Positions 20,347 to 29,610 of a DNA stretch of 64,000 nucleotides are shown here, piece by piece. The position numbers and the translations under genes were made by a program. This DNA is from an uncultured virus (IMG/VR IMGVR_UViG_3300032050_009172). Lineage: Duplodnaviria; Heunggongvirae; Uroviricota; Caudoviricetes. Within the stretch, counting starts at the first letter, position 1. Each line of letters starts with the position of its first letter. The stretch is taken from IMG/VR virus record IMGVR_UViG_3300032050_009172. One strand, given 5' to 3'. Under the pieces are notes generated by a model that saw nothing but the letters and a program-made list of their open reading frames with translations, was not told the DNA's origin and searched no databases.

Positions 20347-20753
20347 TATTTTTTCATGCATTACGAGATGATCTGATGGTTCAACAACAAATCTCTAACT
20401 CATGGGAACACATGGTTGGAGTGATCATGTTGAATCAAACAGGCCGCAAATCTGTAAAAACAACCTTGCCAGAATTTTTATACTGGTTCCCAACGCCGGA
20501 AGCATTGATCGCAGCCGATGAAGATTTTGTAAAAAGCATTATTGCACCATTAGGTATGGCTAATGTAAGATACACCAGATTGAAAAAAATGAGTCAAGAC
20601 TACATGACTTGGAATGGTGATGATGCTACCGATTTGTACGGCATTGGCAAATACGGCAGTGATAGTTATGAAATTTTTTTCAAGAAGAACTATACTGTAG
20701 AACCCAATGACAAAGAACTCAAACGATATCTCAAAGAGGAAGTTTGCGTATGA
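20343..20753 (+). CDS. HhH-GPD DNA glycosylase, MBD4-like catalytic domain
   Basis: W..MV.VIMLNQT, FPTPE, PLG, LYGIGKYGSDSY.IF; no FeS cluster motif. Confidence 0.8.
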   Translation: MIFFHALRDDLMVQQQISNSWEHMVGVIMLNQTGRKSVKTTLPEFLYWFPTPEALIAADEDFVKSIIAPLGMANVRYTRLKKMSQDYMTWNGDDATDLYGIGKYGSDSYEIFFKKNYTVEPNDKELKRYLKEEVCV

Positions 20754-20863
20754 TAATTATTACTAATTATACTGGCAACATTCAATTTCCAGTTGAAGAA
20801 GGATTGTTGGAATGGTTGCAAGCGAACTATCCCTACTCACAATACCATTTGGAGGAGATCTAA
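20750..20863 (+). CDS. 37-aa hypothetical protein
   Basis: ATGA overlap upstream; exactly fills the gap; translates MIIITNYTGNIQFPVEEGLLEWLQANYPYSQYHLEEI. Confidence 0.55.
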   Translation: MIIITNYTGNIQFPVEEGLLEWLQANYPYSQYHLEEI

Positions 20864-21202
20864 ATGGCCGGACGAAAACCAATGGTGTCCAAAGCAGAAC
20901 TATTAGCTCTTGAAGAGTTAAAACTGGAATTTGAAGCACTAACTACATTTACTACAGAGGAAAATCAAATGGCAAAATCAAAAGCAAAAACAAAGACTGA
21001 AGGGTCTGTAAAAAAACTCAGCGACAAGCTGGTCAAAGTTAACGAAAACTTTAGCATCAACATGTATGACAATGGCTACATGATTGAAGTAAGCGGTAGG
21101 GACGATGAAGACAACTGGAAAACTTCCAAGATCATCGTTGACACTGTAGACGAACTGTTGGTGTTGGTTCGTGAAGCAACTGAAATTGAAAGGGCAGAAT
21201 AA
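20864..21202 (+). CDS. hypothetical protein
   Basis: GGAGG SD; an alternative start exists at 20969. Confidence 0.7.
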   Translation: MAGRKPMVSKAELLALEELKLEFEALTTFTTEENQMAKSKAKTKTEGSVKKLSDKLVKVNENFSINMYDNGYMIEVSGRDDEDNWKTSKIIVDTVDELLVLVREATEIERAE

Positions 21203-21375
21203 TGGCTAAGAAAATCACTCCTTATGAACAAGCGCCTTATCAACAAGGCTATGAGCAGGCCAAGGCCGGCGAAAAATGCCTCAACCCCTATTTGAAACTG
21301 GAAGATGCCGAAGCAGATGCTGACGACTTCCAACGTGGATATGACAATGCTATTGAGGCCTTGGATCAAGAGTGA
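21202..21375 (+). CDS. 57-aa protein with Rmf/CrpP-like pattern
   Basis: YQQGY.QAKAG..CLNPY...FQRGY; coupled on both sides. Confidence 0.55.
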   Translation: MAKKITPYEQAPYQQGYEQAKAGEKCLNPYLKLEDAEADADDFQRGYDNAIEALDQE

Positions 21376-21818
21376 TTAGATATCTGAATCTGCCTAAAAT
21401 TCCAGTTGAGATTTTAGACAGCCTCAATTACAATTTTGATCAATACTCGTTTAAGGCCAACTATCTTAACGGTGCTTACAAGTGGTCAGACGATTTTACC
21501 CAACAGATAGATACATGGTGCAAGCAAAATATTTGTGACACTATGCATTGGGGATTTCAGTTTATGAACAACGATATCATTGCACACAAAGATGTTGGTA
21601 CTGAAGTAAAATTAACGTATTTGATTGACGCTGGTGGAAGCAATGTTAGGACCAATTTTTTTGAAGATGATAAAACTACCATAACACACAGTTTTGTTAT
21701 TCCAACACATCAATGGCACATATTGCATGCCAGCAGATATCATAGTGTAGAAGGCATAGAATCTGGACATACTAGATTCAGCTTGACTGGAAGAGTTTTT
21801 CCGTTACCAATTGAATGA
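21372..21818 (+). CDS. cupin / 2OG-Fe(II)-like hypothetical protein
   Basis: HKD...H.V...R pattern. Confidence 0.55.
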   Translation: MIRYLNLPKIPVEILDSLNYNFDQYSFKANYLNGAYKWSDDFTQQIDTWCKQNICDTMHWGFQFMNNDIIAHKDVGTEVKLTYLIDAGGSNVRTNFFEDDKTTITHSFVIPTHQWHILHASRYHSVEGIESGHTRFSLTGRVFPLPIE

Positions 21819-22219
21819 AAACTATTATGACTGATTTAGAAATTGCATATCAACAAGATATTGCACCCTGGGACGACCGTGTGACAGAACTGTCAGACTA
21901 TCACGTGGCTGTGTTTCGTGATCGTTATCCTGTCACACCCGGTCATTTGTTGTTTGTGCCACAGTACAATAACGATGCGGTAATCATGGACTGTTTTGAA
22001 TCAGCCATGCTGCATGGTCGCAGAATGGTTGTCAATGGCGAATGTGATGCATTTAATATCGGCATCAACATGGGTCGTGAAGCAGGTCAAACTGTGATGT
22101 ATCCACATGTGCATTTGATTCCACGCCGAGCAGGTGACTGTGCTGACCCAGTGGGCGGAGTACGTGGGGTTATTATTGGACAAGCTAACTACAAAACAGG
22201 TAGTTACCAAAAACCATAA
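21815..22219 (+). CDS. HIT family nucleotide hydrolase
   Basis: DRYPVTPGHLLFVP, N.G.EAGQTV, HVHLIPR. Confidence 0.9.
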   Translation: MKTIMTDLEIAYQQDIAPWDDRVTELSDYHVAVFRDRYPVTPGHLLFVPQYNNDAVIMDCFESAMLHGRRMVVNGECDAFNIGINMGREAGQTVMYPHVHLIPRRAGDCADPVGGVRGVIIGQANYKTGSYQKP

Positions 22220-22224
22220 TTAAC

Positions 22225-22881
22225 ATGCAAAAAAAAATTATATACAAAAAAAAGTATATTTCATTGAGCGTTGTCAATGATATAAAATCATACTATGAAA
22301 AAATAAATGATTCATTGTTAGACTCAGCTGGACCTTATCCTAATCCAAAATCTAAACTGGGATGGGCAAGTTGTTGGGATCGTCAGTTGCACTATGAACT
22401 GCCCCGAAGTCCTATTCATAAAATAGTCAACCAGTTAAAAACAGACTTTGGTGAGTTTATCATCCACGATTCCAGTATCCGATATTTGTCAGCACCAATT
22501 TTGCCACATAGCGACATTAGAGGAGTCGATTGGCTCAAAGAAAATAAAAGCAAAGGTTTCAAAGAAGGTCTTACTTTTTTAATTCCTTTGTGGTGGAAAG
22601 ACGGTCATACTCCTGGTACTGCATTTTATAGTTGTCCAGCCAATTTGAATGAACCATTATATACAGATATGCCAAACATCTTGCCAGCGTATTCTGACCA
22701 ATACACTGAAGAAGCAAGAAATTTCAGTGTAAGAAAAATCATAAAATGGGAGTCACCTGGTGATCTAATTGCGTTTGAAAGTTTCCAATGGCACGGATCG
22801 TGCCAATGGGGCGATGTCACATATGATCGAGAAACTTGGTCTAAAGAGTTTCTTTCAATAGAAACCTGGCGTGAACCTTAA
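22225..22881 (+). CDS. 2OG-Fe(II) oxygenase-like protein
   Basis: PHSD ... WHG with GT.F and PGDLIAF. Confidence 0.55.
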   Translation: MQKKIIYKKKYISLSVVNDIKSYYEKINDSLLDSAGPYPNPKSKLGWASCWDRQLHYELPRSPIHKIVNQLKTDFGEFIIHDSSIRYLSAPILPHSDIRGVDWLKENKSKGFKEGLTFLIPLWWKDGHTPGTAFYSCPANLNEPLYTDMPNILPAYSDQYTEEARNFSVRKIIKWESPGDLIAFESFQWHGSCQWGDVTYDRETWSKEFLSIETWREP

Positions 22882-22900
22882 CCTCTGTTGATATTTAATA

Positions 22901-22983
22901 TAAGTATTTCTCTAAGCGGCCTGTCCGGCATCATCCCGCTATACAAACTCTGCTGCCTATGCTATAATACATAGGAGGACAAT
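22901..22983 (+). promoter_or_regulatory. candidate preQ1-I-like riboswitch / structured leader of queD-yhhQ
   Basis: TAAGTA promoter, P1 AGCGG/CCGCT, loop ending CATC, tail ATACAAACT, anti-SD hairpin CCTATG/CATAGG. Confidence 0.5.
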
Positions 22984-23490
22984 ATGGCAACAAATCAACC
23001 AGTACAATACAAGTACACCAGCACCAAAGAGTATCATGATGCTTTTCCCTGCGCATACCGTCAATGGCGTGCCGACAGCCACTGCAATCTAATTCACGGT
23101 TACTCATTCTCAATGAAGTTCTACTTTGGCACAGACAACCTGGATGTGCGTAACTGGGCCGCTGACTATGGCGGTCTCAAAGAACTTAAAAAGACATTAG
23201 AAGATCAATTTGATCATACCTTGCTGGTGTCTGCAGATGATCCAGAGCTGGCGACATACAAGCTCTTGCAAGAGAAAAAAATGGCCAAACTCACAATCCT
23301 GCCACGCTTAGGGTGTGAAGGCTTGGCAGACATGCTGTACAAGTATGTGAACGGTGTTTACATTCCGGACCTGTGGGGACCGGGTGAAGCAGAGCGTCTC
23401 TGGTGCTATCGTGTGGAAGTGCGCGAAACACAGAGCAATATGGCTTTTAGAGAAGGCCATCGCGAGTGGATGGAAGATCTATTCGTTTAA
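22984..23490 (+). CDS. queD: 6-carboxy-5,6,7,8-tetrahydropterin synthase
   Basis: CNLIHGY, DYG.LK, FDH, GCE, VEVRET. Confidence 0.9.
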   Translation: MATNQPVQYKYTSTKEYHDAFPCAYRQWRADSHCNLIHGYSFSMKFYFGTDNLDVRNWAADYGGLKELKKTLEDQFDHTLLVSADDPELATYKLLQEKKMAKLTILPRLGCEGLADMLYKYVNGVYIPDLWGPGEAERLWCYRVEVRETQSNMAFREGHREWMEDLFV

Positions 23491-23507
23491 TATAACAAGG
23501 AAAAATC

Positions 23508-24128
23508 ATGTTAGATCGAATCTTAAGTGGCGTTGACCGTGCATTGGCCTACAAGCTCATGCTGGCACATATCATTATCATTGCTATCAGCAACTACATT
23601 GTGCAATTCAAATTCTCAGTGTTTGGTGCACCATTGGCAGCAGCCGCATTCACATTCCCACTAGTGGTTGTGTTGACCGACTTGACTGTGCGAATGTTAG
23701 GCAAACAAACTGGTCGTGCGGTGATTGCATTGGCATTCATCCCTGCTATCATTGTGTCAATGGCAGTGGTCAAACTGGGCGGTGCTCCTGACTCAGTTGC
23801 TTTCCGCATTGGTCTTGGCTCGGGTGTTGCATACTTTGTGAGCAACTTGCTTGATGTGTACGTGTTCCAATACATTCGTGAAAAGTACGCCACTTGGTGG
23901 ATTGCTCCTGCATTGAGTTCAATTGTGAGCACATTCTTTGATACCTATGTGTTCTTCTTTACTGCCTTTGCTGGTGGCGCAAATGAGTTCATGGCTGCTA
24001 ACTGGCACATTGTTGCAACCAACAATTCAATCAGTAAGATCATTGTGAGTCTGTTGGTTATTCTGCCTGCGTATGGTTTCTTGTTGAATCACTTGCAGAA
24101 AAAGCTGGCTGCAGACAATCAAGCATAA
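23508..24128 (+). CDS. yhhQ: queuosine precursor (preQ0/preQ1) transporter, VUT family
   Basis: Multi-TM; SNY.VQF, FTFP....TDL, AY.VS.LLDV.VF, DT..FF..AF. Confidence 0.85.
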   Translation: MLDRILSGVDRALAYKLMLAHIIIIAISNYIVQFKFSVFGAPLAAAAFTFPLVVVLTDLTVRMLGKQTGRAVIALAFIPAIIVSMAVVKLGGAPDSVAFRIGLGSGVAYFVSNLLDVYVFQYIREKYATWWIAPALSSIVSTFFDTYVFFFTAFAGGANEFMAANWHIVATNNSISKIIVSLLVILPAYGFLLNHLQKKLAADNQA

Positions 24129-24151
24129 TTACATCAAATTGGTAGGAATTT

Positions 24152-25021
24152 ATGGCACAAGAATTTGATATATCTTTACTGTTGGCCACTCGAGGTCGTA
24201 CAGAAGCGTTGGGCAAAAGTGTTCGCAGTTTGTTTGAACTGGCTGACAATCCTCATCGTTTGCAAATCATGTTTGGATTTGACAAAGACGATGACAAAGG
24301 CAAAACGTACTTCCAAACTGAATTGCAGCCTTGGTTAGACTCACACGGTTATCACTATACCGCCATGTTGTTTGACCCATTGGGATATATCAGATTGCAT
24401 ATCTACAACAACAAGATGGCTGAGAAAGCCCTGGCTCCTTGGTTTGTTATTTGGAATGATGATGCCATCATGCAAACCCAGGGGTGGGACAGTGAGATTT
24501 TGAAATACAATGGCAAGTTTAGATTGCTGGCATTCCATACTCACAACGACCACCCCTACTCAATTTTTCCAATAGTTCCACGCAAATGGTATGAACTGTT
24601 GGGATACATCAGTCCCCATCCCACACAAGATGGGTGGTTGAGTCAACAGGCATACATGCTGGACATTTGGGAAAGAATTCCAGTATGGGTAGAACATGAT
24701 CGCCACGACTTGACTGGCAACAACGGCGATGAAACATTTAAAAATCGTGCCATGCTAGAAGGTCGCCCCGATGATCCGTTGGACTTTCACAGCGTTCAGC
24801 AAATGGACCTGCGACACCGAGACTGTGCAAAATTGGCCACATACATGCGCAGTGAATTAGGTATGGATCTTTCATTCTTTACCAACGTGTTCAACGGCAG
24901 TCAAGATCCCTGGGAAAAACTAGCACAGAATGATGTAAACAGTCAAATGGTTCAATTTGCCAACCCGCATACACATTTTGCAAAAAAAGATACTGATCAA
25001 AAACAAGTAAATAATGCATGA
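24152..25021 (+). CDS. GT-A fold glycosyltransferase
   Basis: SLLLATRGR, D.DD, WNDD. Confidence 0.7.
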   Translation: MAQEFDISLLLATRGRTEALGKSVRSLFELADNPHRLQIMFGFDKDDDKGKTYFQTELQPWLDSHGYHYTAMLFDPLGYIRLHIYNNKMAEKALAPWFVIWNDDAIMQTQGWDSEILKYNGKFRLLAFHTHNDHPYSIFPIVPRKWYELLGYISPHPTQDGWLSQQAYMLDIWERIPVWVEHDRHDLTGNNGDETFKNRAMLEGRPDDPLDFHSVQQMDLRHRDCAKLATYMRSELGMDLSFFTNVFNGSQDPWEKLAQNDVNSQMVQFANPHTHFAKKDTDQKQVNNA

Positions 25022-27000
25022 AAAGAAAAATTGCCTGGGTACAACCAAACTTCCAACAAGGTCCTAAAGAACTCAATGCCTACTACCTGCCATACTCAGC
25101 AGGTGTGATTTGGAGTTATGCAGTTGCGGAACCCAGCATACGTGATGCATGGCAAGTGACTGAATGGGTGTGGCGCCGGGACAACATAGAGCCAATTGCA
25201 CAACGACTGGCTGAAAATGATGTTGTGACTTTTAGCACTTATGTGTGGAATCACAATTTCAACTATGCATTGGCTCGCAGGCTCAAGGAGATCAATCCTG
25301 GCGTGTTGACCATATTTGGCGGTCCCGAACCTGCAATCACAGACAAAGATCTGTTTCGCAAAGAACCATTCATGGACATTGTGATTTGCTACGAAGGTGA
25401 AATCACATTTAGAAATCTCATGCTGGCATATGACAGCAAAGACTGGGAGTCAATACCTGGCTTGCTGATCAATCGAGACGGCGAAGCTATAAGCACAGGT
25501 GATGCCAAGCGCATTGAAACTCTTGAAGATATTCCTAGCCCGTATCTGGCAGGTGTATTTGATGACCTAATGGCTGCAAATCCTGACATCATGTGGCAAG
25601 GCACACTAGAAACTTCTCGTGGTTGCCCATTTGCTTGTACGTTTTGTGACTGGGGTAGCTTGACATACAACAAGGTCAAGAAGTTTGGTTTAGAACGTGT
25701 GTACCATGAGTTGGAATGGATGGCTAAGCACAACTTTGATTTCATATCAATTACTGACGCTAACTTTGGCATGTTTGCCGAACGTGACAGTTTGATTGCA
25801 GACAAGATTATTGAATGTCAAGAAAAGTATGGTTCTCCGAGAACTTTCTCTGTGGCCTGGGCCAAGAATCAAAAGAAAGAAGTTGTGGACATTGTTAAAA
25901 AATTGCTGGATGCCCGAGGCTTCAATCAAGGTCTAACGCTGAGTGTGCAAAGTCTTGACTTGGATGTATTGGAAAACATTCGTCGCAAAAACATGGAAAT
26001 GAACAAGCTCAACGAAGTATTTGAGCTGTGTGAGCAACGTAACATTCCAACCTACACTGAACTTATCTTGGGCCTACCTGGTGAAAGTCTTGAGTCTTGG
26101 AAGAAAAACTTTTGGACTTTGTTTGAAATGGGCAATCATACTGGTCTCACGGTGTTCCAGGCTCAGTTGTTGGAAAATGCCGAAATGAACCTGTTGCAGA
26201 AGAAGTTGTTTAAGATTACCAATCAAAGTGTAACAGACTATTTTTCTGGATCATACTCCAACGAACACATTGAAGAAGCCATTGACATTATCACTGGCAC
26301 CAAAGACATGCCGTTTGATGTCATGATGGAAGCACATATTTTTTCATGGTTTATCAATACCTTCCACATCAATGGCATCAGCACACTGTTGAGTCGATTG
26401 GTGTTCAAGTATCAGGGTGTGCCCTACAGCGAGTTTTATGCAGACCTGTTTGAATACGTGCAAGGTCATGAATGGATCCACCGCGAACAAGAAGAAGTTC
26501 GCGAGTACTATCGCAGTTGGATGACCAATGGCCGAATCAATCATCCCAAGATTGGCATTGAAATTCACGGATGGAACCTCATACACAGAACTGTGTTGAA
26601 CATGCATGTGGAAAAACAAAATCACAATATCTTTGACATGTTAGAAAAGTTCATGAGTCGTTATGATTTACCGCCTGTGTTGTTGGAGAACATCATGCGA
26701 TTCCAACGCAGATACCATGTGGCTTACGATGCTATGAACACTTATCCTGAGGTTTTAGAATTAGACTACAACATCTGGGAATATCTCAGCTTTGATCACA
26801 AACTTGTACATGCGCCAAGAGAATATCAACTGGAGTTTCCAGAAGATAAAACTATGAGCTTTCCACGTTTCTTAGAACTATTTTATTTTGCTAGACGTAG
26901 AAATTTTGGAAAAGCCACAGTTGAATGCTTGAACGCTGACACGCAGGTAGACGTTGCCAAACGCGGAGATGCTGGCGCCAGGGCAAAACTAGCAGCCTAA
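25018..27000 (+). CDS. B12-binding radical SAM protein
   Basis: STYVWN/GGPE B12-binding domain, ETSRGCPFACTFCDW, DANFG, ILGLPGE. Confidence 0.88.
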   Translation: MKRKIAWVQPNFQQGPKELNAYYLPYSAGVIWSYAVAEPSIRDAWQVTEWVWRRDNIEPIAQRLAENDVVTFSTYVWNHNFNYALARRLKEINPGVLTIFGGPEPAITDKDLFRKEPFMDIVICYEGEITFRNLMLAYDSKDWESIPGLLINRDGEAISTGDAKRIETLEDIPSPYLAGVFDDLMAANPDIMWQGTLETSRGCPFACTFCDWGSLTYNKVKKFGLERVYHELEWMAKHNFDFISITDANFGMFAERDSLIADKIIECQEKYGSPRTFSVAWAKNQKKEVVDIVKKLLDARGFNQGLTLSVQSLDLDVLENIRRKNMEMNKLNEVFELCEQRNIPTYTELILGLPGESLESWKKNFWTLFEMGNHTGLTVFQAQLLENAEMNLLQKKLFKITNQSVTDYFSGSYSNEHIEEAIDIITGTKDMPFDVMMEAHIFSWFINTFHINGISTLLSRLVFKYQGVPYSEFYADLFEYVQGHEWIHREQEEVREYYRSWMTNGRINHPKIGIEIHGWNLIHRTVLNMHVEKQNHNIFDMLEKFMSRYDLPPVLLENIMRFQRRYHVAYDAMNTYPEVLELDYNIWEYLSFDHKLVHAPREYQLEFPEDKTMSFPRFLELFYFARRRNFGKATVECLNADTQVDVAKRGDAGARAKLAA

Positions 27001-27002
27001 CA

Positions 27003-27713
27003 ATGCGCCGACTGTTTACGTTTGGTTGTAGTTTTACAAACTATCGCTGGAGCACCTGGGCAGATTGTCTTGCTCCAGAATTTGATCACTTTGAAAATTG
27101 GGGCCAGGCAGGAGGAGGAAATCAATATATTTTCAATTCAGTCATGGAGGCTGATCAAAGGCATTGTTTTGGTGACGGAGATACTGTTGTTGTATGCTGG
27201 ACCAGTTTAGATCGAGAGGATCGATATGTTGACGGTCGATGGCACACACCCGGAAATGCACACTTCGCAACCAATGTGTTTAACAAAGAATACCTTAAAA
27301 CACACATGGATGAAAGAGGATTCCTAATTAGAGATCTGGCATGCATCAAAGCAGTTAAAACTCTACTGGAATCTCGACACAATCTAAAATGGGAATTTTT
27401 GAGTATGGTAGAATTAATGGCCATGCCATTTCCGTCCGACAATGTTAGCAAACACAGAGATGTCATGCGATTGTACGAAAATGTGGTTTTAAGTATCAAA
27501 CCAGGGTATGACAAAACTGTATTTAAAAACACTGGATATCCTAATAGAAACGGTGACCCACATCCCAGCCCCGAAGAACATTTGGCCTATTTAGATGCAG
27601 TATTACCGGGTTGGGTGACAAAACAATCTACTCGTGTTAAAATGCATGATGAAAGTATCAATCTAAATAAGAATCCCCGCAAGTCGGGAATGTCAAAGGT
27701 AACAAGGTTATAA
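27003..27713 (+). CDS. SGNH-like hypothetical protein
   Basis: FGCSFT, NWG.AGGGN, DPHPSP..H. Confidence 0.6.
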   Translation: MRRLFTFGCSFTNYRWSTWADCLAPEFDHFENWGQAGGGNQYIFNSVMEADQRHCFGDGDTVVVCWTSLDREDRYVDGRWHTPGNAHFATNVFNKEYLKTHMDERGFLIRDLACIKAVKTLLESRHNLKWEFLSMVELMAMPFPSDNVSKHRDVMRLYENVVLSIKPGYDKTVFKNTGYPNRNGDPHPSPEEHLAYLDAVLPGWVTKQSTRVKMHDESINLNKNPRKSGMSKVTRL

Positions 27714-27716
27714 ACA

Positions 27717-28562
27717 ATGAAATTAAAAGTAAGTGAACTATTTTATTCTGCTCAGGGCGAAGGACGCTATATTGGAGTTCCTTCTATCTTCTTACGAACC
27801 TTCGGTTGCAACTTTACGTGTTCGGGATTTGGATGCCAACCCGGTGATAAGAGCACTGAGGCAGATGACGTCGCAAAGAGCGTTCATCTCTACAAGACTT
27901 TTGAAGAGCTCCCGTTGGTTAATACAGGATGCGATTCGTATGCAAGTTGGCATCCTGACTTTAAACATCTAAGTCCCACATACACAGCACAAGAGTTAGT
28001 TGACAAAATGGCTGCGCTGTTGCCCAATGGCCACTGGCAACAACCAAACGGCAATTCAGTGCATCTTGTGATCACAGGTGGCGAGCCATTGCTAGGTTGG
28101 CAACGTGCATATCCTGAACTGTTGAATCTGTTGCACGAACGTGGACTGCGACACATTACATTTGAAACCAATGGTACTCAAGAACTCACAAGAGAATTCA
28201 AACAGTATCTGTCTGAATGGTTTGGCGAGATCACATTCTCAGTAAGTCCTAAACTTAGTGTCAGTGGTGAAAAGTATGAAGATGCTATCAAACCTGACAT
28301 TATTTGGGATTACGAAACTCACGGTGTTACCTATTTGAAGTTTGTTGTTGGTCACATTGATGATTTCAAAGAGCTTGATCTAGTAGTTGACGACTATCGA
28401 ACCCGTGGATTTAGCGGACCAGTTTTTGTGATGCCTGTTGGCGGTGTTGTGAGTGTGTATGATGGCAATAGAATTCACGTTGCCGACGAAGCACTCAAAC
28501 GAGGTTATTGGTACAGCCCACGATTGCATGTGGACCTCTGGGGTAATGGATGGGGCAAATAA
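27717..28562 (+). CDS. queE: 7-carboxy-7-deazaguanine synthase
   Basis: ELFYSAQGEG, FLRTFGCNFTC...CDS, VITGGEP, ETNG, SPK, PRLH. Confidence 0.92.
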   Translation: MKLKVSELFYSAQGEGRYIGVPSIFLRTFGCNFTCSGFGCQPGDKSTEADDVAKSVHLYKTFEELPLVNTGCDSYASWHPDFKHLSPTYTAQELVDKMAALLPNGHWQQPNGNSVHLVITGGEPLLGWQRAYPELLNLLHERGLRHITFETNGTQELTREFKQYLSEWFGEITFSVSPKLSVSGEKYEDAIKPDIIWDYETHGVTYLKFVVGHIDDFKELDLVVDDYRTRGFSGPVFVMPVGGVVSVYDGNRIHVADEALKRGYWYSPRLHVDLWGNGWGK

Positions 28563-28563
28563 C

Positions 28564-28746
28564 ATGTCAGAAACTCATACAAGAACATGGATCCGAACTC
28601 TAACTTATCGAATTGCTGCATTGCTGATTACTGCATTGTGGACCGGACTGGGTGATGCAGTTGCAATCCATATTGTGTTAGCATTCTTGCAATACAGTAT
28701 GGAACGTATTTGGTTAAAAATTAAATGGGGTAGGATTGATGTTTGA
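28564..28746 (+). CDS. small membrane protein (DUF2061-like)
   Basis: ET.TRT..RTLTYR...YSMERIW.KI.WG. Confidence 0.65.
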   Translation: MSETHTRTWIRTLTYRIAALLITALWTGLGDAVAIHIVLAFLQYSMERIWLKIKWGRIDV

Positions 28747-29137
28747 TTGGTTTAAAAAATCTCAAAAGAAACCACCACCTGTGGTAGAAAAAGTCACTAA
28801 GCCTAGAGTTGCCGAACCACCAGCTAAAACTGAAAAACAACTTGCTACTGAAAAGGGAGAACCTTACGTGGCTGTGCTCAGTATGGATGTGGATCCTGAC
28901 AATCTGCATCAAGGTGCATTTGAGTTGGATTGGAATGAAATCTTTGTGGCTCGACTGGTAAAGGCTGGCTATATGATGAAACCTACAGACACTGATGGGG
29001 ACATTGTTGACCGTTGGTTTCAAAATGTATGCCGCCATGTTGTGATGGAAACATGGGAACAAGAACAAGCCATCAAGAACTCCGGCATGTATGTTCAAAA
29101 GCGAGATCTTGGCGATGGCAGGAGCGAGGTATCATGA
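28739..29137 (+). CDS. hypothetical protein
   Basis: About 132-aa ORF within a coupled run. Confidence 0.75.
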   Translation: MFDWFKKSQKKPPPVVEKVTKPRVAEPPAKTEKQLATEKGEPYVAVLSMDVDPDNLHQGAFELDWNEIFVARLVKAGYMMKPTDTDGDIVDRWFQNVCRHVVMETWEQEQAIKNSGMYVQKRDLGDGRSEVS

Positions 29138-29610
29138 TATTCAATCACATCAAACAACTCAAAGCAGAAGGCAAAAAAATTGGCATCACTTTCTCAACCT
29201 TTGACATGCTCCACGCAGGCCACATTGCCATGCTTTCTGAAGCAAAAAATCACTGTGACTACCTCATCTGTGGGCTCCAAACGGACCCAACTATCGATAG
29301 GCCTGAGACTAAGAATCGTCCGATACAAAGTATTGTGGAGAGACAGATACAGCTGGCTGCATGCCGTTACGTTGATGAAGTTGTTGTGTACCAAACCGAA
29401 CAAGATCTACGTGACCTTCTACTAATTCTGCCATTAGATGTTCGAGTACTGGGAGTAGAATACGAACACAAAGACTTTACCGGTCGCGACGAATGCTATG
29501 ACCGCGGGATTGAACTAGTATTCAACGGCCGAGATCACTCATTCTCATCCAGTAGCCTGCGCAAGCGTGTGGTTGCCGCAGAGACCGAAAAAGTACTGCT
29601 ACAAAAATGA
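29134..29610 (+). CDS. glycerol-3-phosphate cytidylyltransferase-like protein
   Basis: TFDMLHAGH, ER, YVDEV, R.H.FSSS.LR. Confidence 0.88.
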   Translation: MIFNHIKQLKAEGKKIGITFSTFDMLHAGHIAMLSEAKNHCDYLICGLQTDPTIDRPETKNRPIQSIVERQIQLAACRYVDEVVVYQTEQDLRDLLLILPLDVRVLGVEYEHKDFTGRDECYDRGIELVFNGRDHSFSSSSLRKRVVAAETEKVLLQK

